Assembly (NCBI GenBank): GCA_000004985.1
Contig: GG738901.1
Source of the DNA: Naegleria gruberi
Lineage: Eukaryota
Length of the DNA stretch: 64,000 bases
Reading direction: 5' to 3' (one strand)
Part shown: positions 11,741 to 21,723 of the stretch, in pieces
How positions within the stretch are numbered: the stretch's first letter is position 1
Layout of the letters: each line of letters opens with the position of its first letter
The notes under the pieces: model-generated
The model's database searches: none
Told to the model about the DNA's origin: nothing
The model's input: the letters and a program-made list of their open reading frames with translations, nothing else
Translations under genes and position numbers: made by a program

Positions 11741-14563
11741 TTAAAGGTCATCATCTGATTCAACCTCTTCGACTCCCTCCACTATTGGTTCTTCTTCTTC
11801 TACAATCATAGGGCCACTTTGATTGTCAACTCTGGCTTTGGTGAATTTGTAGAGTTTGTCCAAGAGTGAACGACCTTGATCCCACCAAGAAATATCAACC
11901 TCATGATAGGTGCCACGAAGTGGATTGATAACTCCAATATTCTTAATTTCCATTCCATCCAATCTAGCCATGGCTGCATAGCAGAGTAATTGAATAATCC
12001 ACTCAACTTCAATATCTTGGGATACCGAACATTTAATATCAATAATGGTCTCGCCATCAATGATGATATCTGCCTCTCCAGTAACATGTTTTCCATAACT
12101 GAGACTTCTATGGGTATTAACTGAGCTTTCAGTTTTTTCTACAATAAATGGAACAAAGTGCTCTTGTAAATTATTGAACAGTTCTGTATAGTTTGGAGCA
12201 ATGTCCTTAATAAAGTCAAACTTTTTCTTTAGATTGGTATTGCCAAGATAGAGCATTCTGGTTCTTCCCTCTTTAACAACTGCATCAAGTTTGGAAATTT
12301 CGAATACACTTTCTAGAATATCAATTGACTCATAATTTGGATTTGTAAAAATTCTGTAAGCTGTTTTTAAACTGTCTACATAACCGGGTGGGAAGGCATA
12401 TTCTGTCATTACTGGAATAACCTCGAATGAAAATTGTCCCTTCTCCAATATTTTCTCGAAAGATTCAATAATCTCAGTCATGACTATCTTTTCATAGCCA
12501 TCAGTAATAGATTTTAACAAAGCTTTTGGAGGTTTTCCATTTCTCATCAACTGCTTCAATTTCTTTGCATATCTATTAAAGACCTGGATACTGCCTGTAT
12601 TTAATACGATTGCCTCGTTAATGAAGAGTTCAGTGCATGTATGACTAAAACCTCCTCCATTAGGTATTTTCTCAGAAATCATTCTACAAAATAAAGTATC
12701 AATAAAGTTTCCAAAGTCTGTAAACATTTGATTTTCGTAAACCACGTCACAGTATGCAAAGTCTGTATCCACAATTTTGGTTTTCGTAAATTCGATTTGT
12801 GGCAAACATCCTTCTTCCTTGAGTATTGTCATGAGTTCTCCATCAATATTACGAACCATATTTGTTACGGTGTATGGATTAATAGATGAGTCGGATGCTG
12901 ATCTTGGCTGTTCTGAAATACGCAAGTCTGTGGGACTATGTAATCTGAATACGCTACGATCAATCTCTGTTATATAACTCAAACAAGTTGCTGTCTTGGG
13001 GAGAACAATGTGTAACTCATCCTTTGCTCTGGTAACAGCCACATATAATACACGTCTTAGTTCCGCATCATTATCACCTTTCCATTTATCATTTGATGAA
13101 TCCACCAAGAAAACAATATCCCACTCCAAACCTTTAGACTTGTGTATGGTTGATAGGCAAACTTTTCCAGTTGTTGTGTGTCTTTCCATTTCCTTTAAAG
13201 ATTTTGATTTTTCCATAATAGTAATATGTGGAATGAAGAATTTAGATAATTGTTCCTCTACCTTATAGAGACCATAATTTGTTGGAGAAAGGATTGCTAT
13301 TCTTTCTCTTGGCACTCCACGTTTCAAATATTCTGATATTTTCTTAGCAACATACAAACCCTGGTTATCATTTACAATGATTGGTTTAAGATTAGATTCT
13401 CTTGTGGTTGTCATTTCTTTTGGAATATTATCTGGATTATTTCTCAAAATTGCATTTGCCACTTGCAAAATTTCTGGCGTACTTCTATAATTTCTAGTCA
13501 GTGTTAACAGCTTAGAGTTTGGATATTTTGAGTGAAAATTCAAAATATGTTCCACACTGGATCCTCTCCATGAGTAAATGTTTTGCGAATCATCTCCTAC
13601 GGCAATTATCTTGCATCCTCTTTTGTGAAACTCTTCAAAAATCTCTGCTTGAAAATTATCAATATCTTGATACTCATCAATTATGAGATACTTTTTCTTT
13701 TTACAAATTTCATCCGCAATTTCTGGATAATTCTTCATTAAGTTCCTCAATCTATATCCATATTCAATCACACAAGCTTGAGAATCAAAATATTGCCAAT
13801 ATTTCTTCAATGTCTTGTAAGCAAATGCATCAATGGTTCCAATAGTAAATTTACTCTTAACTCCAATACTGGCAAGCTTTTCCTTCATATCATTTGCTGC
13901 CAATCTTGAAAATGTTGTCAACATGATCTGATGAGCTGGAATTTTCAAATACTTTATCATGTAAACAATTTTACAAATAATGGTTGTTGTCTTTCCACTT
14001 CCAGCGCAAGCCAACACTAACAAGTCATCATTCACATCTCCAAAAACAACTTGCTTTTGTTCTTCACTCAAATCAATCTGTACATCATCAATTGTAAATG
14101 TTTTCATAATTTCCTCTTCGGATGGAAAAACAATTTCCTTCTTCTTCCTTACTCTTTTTACAGGCTTTGAAATTTCCTCATCACCTCCAAAATTAATTTC
14201 CGGCATTAAACTAATTGCCTCATTACTCATAGCATTAATGATTTCTTCCTTTTCTTGAGGTTGGTGAGTAGAAAATAATTCCTTCACCTCATCATCTTGT
14301 TGCTTCAAAGTCTGTTTCCTTCTCGTAGCATTATTAATCAAAGATTGAGAAAAACATCTCCTCATCATTACATGATTCAATAAAGTAGAGTTATTGGTTT
14401 TCAACAAGGCTGATGAAGATCCTGTCGGGAATGATTTATTTCCACCATTAATTTTAATATGATTAATTATATTATTGTTATTACTATTTAAATGATGTAA
14501 AGTTGAAGTGGATGATAATGTATTCAAGCGATAGAGAAGTGAATTGTGCTTGATGTTGCGCAT
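11741..14563 (-). CDS. UvrD/PcrA-family SF1 DNA helicase of 940 aa, with an N-terminal extension and a ~300-aa C-terminal extra domain.
   Basis: Motif I 'ACAGSGKTTT'. Motif II 'LIIDEYQD'. Motif III 'GDDSQNIYSWRG'. Motif IV 'NYRSTPEIL'. Motif V 'TIHKSKGLEWDIVFLV'. Motif VI 'YVAVTRAKDEL'. The C-terminal 'GEADIIIDGETIIDIKCS' is weakly PD-(D/E)xK-like. Confidence 0.85.
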   Translation of the reverse strand: MRNIKHNSLLYRLNTLSSTSTLHHLNSNNNNIINHIKINGGNKSFPTGSSSALLKTNNSTLLNHVMMRRCFSQSLINNATRRKQTLKQQDDEVKELFSTHQPQEKEEIINAMSNEAISLMPEINFGGDEEISKPVKRVRKKKEIVFPSEEEIMKTFTIDDVQIDLSEEQKQVVFGDVNDDLLVLACAGSGKTTTIICKIVYMIKYLKIPAHQIMLTTFSRLAANDMKEKLASIGVKSKFTIGTIDAFAYKTLKKYWQYFDSQACVIEYGYRLRNLMKNYPEIADEICKKKKYLIIDEYQDIDNFQAEIFEEFHKRGCKIIAVGDDSQNIYSWRGSSVEHILNFHSKYPNSKLLTLTRNYRSTPEILQVANAILRNNPDNIPKEMTTTRESNLKPIIVNDNQGLYVAKKISEYLKRGVPRERIAILSPTNYGLYKVEEQLSKFFIPHITIMEKSKSLKEMERHTTTGKVCLSTIHKSKGLEWDIVFLVDSSNDKWKGDNDAELRRVLYVAVTRAKDELHIVLPKTATCLSYITEIDRSVFRLHSPTDLRISEQPRSASDSSINPYTVTNMVRNIDGELMTILKEEGCLPQIEFTKTKIVDTDFAYCDVVYENQMFTDFGNFIDTLFCRMISEKIPNGGGFSHTCTELFINEAIVLNTGSIQVFNRYAKKLKQLMRNGKPPKALLKSITDGYEKIVMTEIIESFEKILEKGQFSFEVIPVMTEYAFPPGYVDSLKTAYRIFTNPNYESIDILESVFEISKLDAVVKEGRTRMLYLGNTNLKKKFDFIKDIAPNYTELFNNLQEHFVPFIVEKTESSVNTHRSLSYGKHVTGEADIIIDGETIIDIKCSVSQDIEVEWIIQLLCYAAMARLDGMEIKNIGVINPLRGTYHEVDISWWDQGRSLLDKLYKFTKARVDNQSGPMIVEEEEPIVEGVEEVESDDDL

Positions 14564-14660
14564 TTTTTTTTGATTTAATTTCTATCAATTTTAATTTACA
14601 TAATTGTTAATAATGTAATACTTTTGTAAAGTATTAATGTCATATCAAGGGTTAACCAAC

Positions 14661-16030
14661 TCAGCGTCTCTTGACTCTTATTTTCTTCTTCTTTGTAGTA
14701 GGTACATTATATTCATCGTCATCCTCTTTCATTAGTAAGGGAACTTCATCTTTCAAAGATTCTGCAACAATATTACTGAAAGATTTCTCAAACTGAACAA
14801 TAGATTCAGGTTGTTTTGGTACAGAGGATGACAAAGAAGGAGCCAAACTAGCTTCTTCTTTCGGTTCTTCTTCTGGTGTGGGTTTAGCAGAGATGCATTC
14901 CTTACATATATTGAATTTAATATCTAGTGGATAATCAAATACAAGTTGAGAAACAGCTTTGCTGATAGTAGTTTCTTTAAAATCTAAATTAGAAGGATTG
15001 TGTTTCTGGGTGAAAAATATTGGACTAGTGTCAAGTTGTTTACAATTCAAATCTTGTAAGGTAGATTCAATTTGATGTTCTGCAGTGATAAGGGATGTAA
15101 TATTCCTGAAATGAATGACTTTTTCAAAAGCATTTTTGATTCCTTGCATGTTTTCAATGAGACCTGACATGGTTGAGTATTGATCTTGAACAATTGCCAT
15201 TCTCTCTTGATGTTCTGATTGGCTTTTGTCAAGAATTTCTTTTCTTTTGTCTTCCACTTGTGCCAAATAGTTGTCAATCATAGTATTAACCCTCATTTCG
15301 TAAGTTTCTTGATTACTGACTAGTTTAGTTTGGAGAGAGCCAATCTTTTCCAATGCAACATACAAGAATTCAATATCTTGATCAACTTGCTCAATCTTGT
15401 TAGACATTCCTGCCTTAGCCTCTTCCATATGTTCATCAATTGGGACACATGTATGATTACTATGATTAGTTGATAAAGAACACAAATGACAAACTTATGT
15501 CTCTTACATTTTCCAACAGTTAGAATTGTTCCAAGTGGAGCTTTTTTATGAGAAGCAAAGAACTTGGGAGCATGAATGGATGTGAAACATTCCTCACAGA
15601 ATCTACTATTACAATCCTCACATTCAACTTGAACAATGTTAGTTTCACAATTGGCACAAGTTTCTCCCTTCTCCCTCTCCATCATATAATTTTCTACAGT
15701 ACTCTTGAGATCGTAATTAATAGGAAAGACACTTGGTACATCTTCAGAATGATTGACTTTACATTCCTTGTTGCAAGAGGGACAATTGAAACAAATTCCT
15801 TCCTTCTTGTTACTTTGATCACTTGTTGTTCCATACAATTTGTTGATCTTTGTTTGATTTCCCAGCACAGGAGCTTGAAGAAATGGTTCTTTGAGTTTTA
15901 ACTTTTTAAAATTGATATTTGCCATAATGCATCGGGTGCACATTGAATGACCACAAGGTAAAACTCTTGGATCTTGAAGAAGTTCAAAGCAAAACTTGCA
16001 TGAAAGTGATTCCTCGTCAATTACTAACAT
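14661..16030 (-). CDS. RING finger / B-box / coiled-coil (TRIM-like) protein. Two ORFs (15320..16030 and 14661..15485) are joined by an unresolved very short intron or a +1 frameshift near 15485-15520.
   Basis: RING 'CKFCFELLQDPRVLPCGHSMCTRCI'. B-box 'CANCETNIVQVECEDCNSRFCEECFTSIH'. A second zinc-finger tail 'CHLCSLSTNHSNH' is in the downstream frame. The downstream ORF is heptad/coiled-coil-rich. One candidate is a 35-nt GTTTGT..ATCATAG intron that would join the frames. Confidence 0.55.
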
Positions 16031-16914
16031 TTTTTTTTGTATTTTAGAAGAAGGAATTCGTCAATTTGTTCTCAATATCGAACGCACCAACCTTTTAAGT
16101 ACCATCAGAATAATAGGAACAAAAAATGCAGCAGAATTTAGTTCAGAAAAGGTCACAGTGATAGGAACTCATCAAATTTCTCAATGTACACTGTAAAACG
16201 CTATTTCTCAAATTATGTTCAACGAACATGGACGAACCAAAGTAACCCCGATGAACATCCCAAAAAACTTTAAAGTGCCTCGACTCGTCACGAACCCACG
16301 ACTGCCCTTGTAACCGTGGTGAACATGTTGAAATCTCTTTAGAGAATTGAAACCATCAAACATATGGTTAGAATGCTTATTTGATATGTTTGAGAACTTG
16401 CATGATTTGACCTTGCAACAATTAGAATCACGACCAATTCGAAAGGATTCGTCTAACCATCTAATTAAATAGATTTGTCAATATTTATATATGGACAAAC
16501 AGTGACAAATCTCGAGATGTTTAACCAACATCCTCAATTGATAGTATAGAGCTACTTAACGGGGAAAAGTTTAGTTTAGTTTCTTATTACTGACGCAACG
16601 AATCATCAAAATAACTCGTTTATCTCTTCAACAACAAGCCCTGAACAAATCATTTCGTCCAAATATCGACATTTTTCCGTGTTCTCGCCCTTTCTTTTAG
16701 AAACATTTGACACCTGAAATAGATGTCAAACATTGTGTGTGATTAGAACACTCATCATACCATGCAACCGTGATTTTTGCCTGCGAACATTATATCGTGG
16801 TTTTGTCCACCCTGTCTTGACCCATTCGCTCTAGGTATTTGTTGATTCAGCTGGATACCTATACTAAACTAACTTTCGAATTGGAATGCAAACTAATCAG
16901 AAAAAAACAGTGCC

Positions 16915-17925
16915 ATGTCTCACCTACCAAGTACACCACAACTATTCTGCAACAACATGTTTCCAACGCAACAACTTATACCCAACAATAAGACAAACAT
17001 CAACATGCCACCATTCACTTATCACTTTCCTTATTTGTCAGTCAACGAACAAGCATCAACAGTACCTTCAGCAAGTGTTGTGGGAAACACAAGCATTGAC
17101 ATGCTTCCCACCATCATGTATAATTACATGCTTTTGAATCAACAAATGTATCAAATACTAAACCTGCAACTCTTTCAAACATGCCAAGTTGACTCTTCGC
17201 CACATGCATATGTTTATGATGAAATTGCATTGGAATCACTCTTTCCTGCACCATTGTGTTTTAATAATGGTTCTGAAACCATGTTGAAAGCAATTCAACC
17301 TGAAGATTTATTGGAAAGTAGACTAAATGACAATACATGCTGCTCGGATGTATTTTTGTTGGAAGAGGAAGAAATCACCACATGCACTGCTATTGGAAGT
17401 GATGAAACAAACATGCTTCAATTATTAACAAGTGATATCAGTCCAGCATGTTCCTCTGTTAATGAGACAATGTTTAGTCGACAGAATATTGAGGCCTATC
17501 AACAAAATTCGAATGCAATAATTAGAAATAGTAATTGTGAATCGACATCTACTGATTCTAATTCATTCAATTCATCAAGCAAGCTAGCATTATCACCAAC
17601 TATCGGAAACATTTCTCCTTCATCTTCTTCTGAGACTAAACTTCAAAAAAACAGAAAATGCAAAGAAACCAAATCTCAACATTATTCTTCACAAGACATG
17701 TCCAAACTCTTCAATTCACTCATTAAAAAGAAGAGAGGAAGGCCACCAAAAGTAAATTTTAAAGTGGAATTTAGTGAACACGCCTATTCAATGATTTACA
17801 ATGGAAAAGTGGAGGAAGCAATTAAAGTAGAAAGTGCTAGTAGTAGAAGAGGAAAGAGTAGAGTATTGAAAAGTATTCCACAGCACATTCTAGAACAGAA
17901 TAATGAAACTCAGAGTAGTAAGTGA
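16915..17925 (+). CDS. Hypothetical S/N-rich protein of 336 aa with a C-terminal AT-hook.
   Basis: Intact ORF. 'KKKRGRPPKV' is an AT-hook. Confidence 0.5.
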   Translation: MSHLPSTPQLFCNNMFPTQQLIPNNKTNINMPPFTYHFPYLSVNEQASTVPSASVVGNTSIDMLPTIMYNYMLLNQQMYQILNLQLFQTCQVDSSPHAYVYDEIALESLFPAPLCFNNGSETMLKAIQPEDLLESRLNDNTCCSDVFLLEEEEITTCTAIGSDETNMLQLLTSDISPACSSVNETMFSRQNIEAYQQNSNAIIRNSNCESTSTDSNSFNSSSKLALSPTIGNISPSSSSETKLQKNRKCKETKSQHYSSQDMSKLFNSLIKKKRGRPPKVNFKVEFSEHAYSMIYNGKVEEAIKVESASSRRGKSRVLKSIPQHILEQNNETQSSK

Positions 17926-18120
17926 TTGGATGAACGTGGAAATTTAATGGTGATTGGTAGCTTGAGGAGAATTAAGTTACATGTTGTGTAAATAGCAAGA
18001 TTTTTCGAATGTAAAATGAAATAGAATATCGAGATTAATGTAATAAATTGTATTGATAAAGCGAAAAATTCAGATATCTTCTTGTAGTATAGGAATAATT
18101 TCCAAATCTAGTAGATTACT

Positions 18121-19413
18121 TCAAATATTTAATATTATGGAAATATCAGAAAATGAACTATTTCGAATCAGGTCTGAATATTTGGAAAAGAATGGTAGTG
18201 AGTTTTCAATCCAGATAGTGTTTGTATCTGATAGATACCTCACTTTTCTTATCTTTCCTAATGCAACAACCATATTCCTGAACTTGATCATGCATAGCCC
18301 ACTACTTTGACATTTTTCAAAGTTTGTTACAAAGGTTGGTTGTCGCGTTGATTGGAAACTTGTTTCTTTCAAACTGGGTTTGTTTAAAAGCACATCATTG
18401 AATGGCTTGAATTCAATTAGAAGTGATTCATGGTTTGACTTGGATGGATTAGTTTGGAGTACTCGACATATTAATGCTCTCTGTCCACAATAAATTTTAA
18501 ATTCTCTTTCCTTAGAAAAATCAACGGCTGAAAGAGGGTTGTGAATTGTGAGCTCGACCCAAAAGGAGTCCACCACTACTTAAGATCCTTTGGATTTATC
18601 AAACCAATTTCCTAACAACGCTCCTCTCAACAACCTCATTTCGTTCGAACTTCGAGTTTTATACTTCAGTGATTGTAAATTAATAGGAACTAATTGACCA
18701 GCATATGCTCTTTCCCAGTCTATTGCATCATTGAATGAAGAATATCCATAAGATGGATTTCTTTCAATTTTTAAACTAGTTGGATTTTCAGAATTAATGT
18801 CAACAGTTCCCAAATGTGTTAAATATCCACTCTCGATTTTCACCAATACGTTTGTGCCATAATAATTCTTAAATGAGTTAATTGAAGAACATAAAGGTGG
18901 CTGATTTTTCAAATTTTCATAATTCAAGTTTGGACCTAAACTTCGTAGCCATTCCAATAGTTCATTTGATTCATTAGAAGTCTCCACTCTTTTCAAATAT
19001 CTGGATAAATTGTCGTCGCTTGAATAGCCAGCGAATGAAACTACTTTGAAAATCAAATTTCTTTTGATTAGTTTATCGAATTCATTCTCAAAATCATATA
19101 TTTGAATTGTTGGATGAACTAGCACAAGGACATTTCTGATCGATGTAGAATTGTTGATAATTAACAGAATATTCTGAAACATTTCAAAATTATTATTATG
19201 ACTATTAATTGCAATAATACAAGCATCTGCTATGCAACATAATCGGAAGGCACTTGGTACTGACAATCGTTCCAAAATTGCAAAATTTATTTGCAATTTG
19301 TTGATTAGAAACCGATCATATGCAAAAACAGAGCTTGTTCCTCTTCTATAATCAATTTCACCAAGCAGTCCGAACAATGCAACTGACAAACAAGGTGGAT
19401 CATCTATCGTCAT
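18121..19413 (-). pseudogene. Hypothetical gene whose reading frame is interrupted by a single in-frame TAA at 18580..18582. It may be a pseudogene, a read-through gene or a sequencing error.
   Basis: ORFs 18580..19413 (277 aa) and 18121..18576 (151 aa) are in the same frame and are separated only by TAA plus one codon. No intron signals flank the stop. No recognisable domain. Confidence 0.35.
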
Positions 19414-19644
19414 TTTTTTAAGTGAAAGTTGGTCAATTTACAGCTTGTAGACTCCAAAGTTTACAAAGTCAGTTGGGCAATTGTGAAAAGTGTTATCATG
19501 TCTGTTTGAGACAATAATGGTAATACTGTTATTATTCAATTCCAAAAAAGAAATAAACCCACTTTAGTATTTGTATTGTTCTGGCTGTTGAAAAAAGCAA
19601 TAAATTCTTCCAAATCAAACGTGGGGATTTTCCTCATTTAAAAA

Positions 19645-21587
19645 ATGGTAGAAATAAAGAAGGAAAAGAAGTCAAAACAATCTCATCAATTACATGAGAA
19701 GCACAAGAAGCAACCACTCTTGGAGAAGACTTCTCAATCATCTGTGCCAAAGTATGAAGACATTGTAAAGCACAAGATCAGACCTTCCTATCCATCACCA
19801 ATTATTGAGAAGGGAAAGGATAAGAACTTTGAGGAATTGGTAAAACATTCACTTGATGAAATTCTCAAACTCAAACACAAAGAAAAGGCTCACAGTTCAT
19901 TCTTGGGAACACCTGAGAGAATACTCAATTGTGAAGAGGATATTGTTGAACAGAGATCCAAGGTAGAAATTCCTCAATCCTGTAAAACTCCACAGGAAGT
20001 TATCTCAAAAGTTTCTTCCTACTTTAATGGTGTGTTAGATAATGCAAGTCCAATCATGTTGGAGAATGTTCATCCTCCTTCAAATATTCCAGCAATTATT
20101 TCAACTCTATTTGCTTCGCTGTACAATGTTGGTATGGTACAAGATGAATTTTCATGGAATGTTGTGCTAACAGAGATTGAAACTATTGGAATGATGGCTA
20201 AATTGATTGGTTGGGATGCCAAGAAAGCTAATGGTGTATTTACCTTTGGTGGAACAGGAAATGAGTTGGTAAGTTTTAATGACTAATCTATTTCTAACAC
20301 CATGATGATTATCTAATACAGTACGGAATCAAAGTTGCCCTAACAAGAGCCTTGGGAATGGACTACCGTTACAAGGGTATTAGAGAAAATGTAAAGATTT
20401 TCGTTTCAGAAATTGGCCACTATTGTAAATTCAATGTTACAGATTGGCTAGGCATTGGTATGGACAATGTTGTTCCAATTAGTATTACAGAAGATAACTC
20501 TATGAATTATGATGATCTCTATGATAAATTATCCAAATCTGTCAAGAATGGTGAAAAGATTGCTGCCATTGTCTCAACTTGTGGTTCCACAGACCCATTC
20601 TCTGTTGATGATGTTTCAGAAATTGTAAAGATTAGAGATAGAATTGTTGAGGAGAATAATCTAGATTACAAACCATTTGTCTATGCTGATTCAGTCATTG
20701 GTTGGCCATGGCTCTTCTTTAAGACCTATAACTTTGAAGAGAATCCACTTCAAATCGAAGCTGACTATGTCTTGCCAGCAATCAAGTCAGTTCTCTCCAA
20801 AATGGAAAAGTTAGAATTGGCAGATGCTGTAGGATTAGATTTCCACAAGACTGGTTTCTGCCACTACATTTGTAGCTGTGTAATGTTCAAGGATGGAAAA
20901 GAGTTCGAAGAAAACCTATCCAGACCGAAAGACTTTGCTCAATATCTGTACAACTTTTCAGTTTACAAACCAGGAACATACACTCTCGAATGTTCAAGAG
21001 CTGCATCTTGTCTCGCTGCATTTAGTACCATTCACTTGTTTGGTGTTGAAGGTTATCAATCACTCATAGCTCACTTGATAAGTGTTCAACATGCTCTTCG
21101 AACAAACCTCACAGAACAGATGAAGAATGTGGCCATTGTTAATGATTTGGACAATGGTTTTGTTTCCTTGTTCAGAGTCTATCCACAAGGAGTTGATGCC
21201 AAGAAGGAATTTGAAAAGGAGTTGAATGGTCAACTCTCCGATGATGAAATTAACAAGTACAATGAATATCAAAAGCACATTGCCAATGTTCTCCATCTGA
21301 AGAGAGTACAAGAAGATGGTCCAGCTCTATCCTATACACGTTGCTTTAGAAAGAACAAGAATGGCTGTCCAATTTCTGCTCTCAAGGTCTTCCCTATGAG
21401 TCCATTCTGCTCAAAGGACATGATGATTAATCATGTTGTTCCCTTCATCAAGGATACTGTTGAGCAAGTAGGCTCACAAGAAGATATGGAAGAACACAAG
21501 AAGAAGGTTGAGAGTGAAGATCATCCAAAGTGGGCCTATCCAAGACATAGACACTTTGAGAATGTTACCCTCCACAATACATGGTGA
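19645..21587 (+). CDS. PLP-dependent group II (aromatic amino acid / glutamate type) decarboxylase of about 629 aa. Exons 19645..20268 and 20322..21587.
   Basis: The 53-nt intron 20269..20321 (GTAAGT..ATACAG) joins the two ORFs in frame. 'FTFGGTGNEL' + 'YGIKVAL' (spans the intron), 'STCGSTDPFSVDD' and the PLP-lysine motif 'GLDFHKTGFC'. Confidence 0.8.
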
Positions 21588-21723
21588 GAAGATCATATAA
21601 GATCATCATCCAACAATAATAATAAAACGCTTGAATATTTTGTGATTATTGGTAAGCCTTTGGCGCTATTTTTTATTTTTTAAAATAATTAAAATTTCTT
21701 ACCGTTAAAAAATCTTTTAGAAA

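Noticed and set aside
16200-16900. Possible spliceosomal snRNA or tRNA in the long intergenic region.
   Set aside because: I looked for the U1 5' end (ACUUACCUG), the U2 branch-interaction region, the U5 loop, the U6 ACAGAGA/AGC box and tRNA cloverleafs. None is present. Only a weak Sm-like U-run was found.
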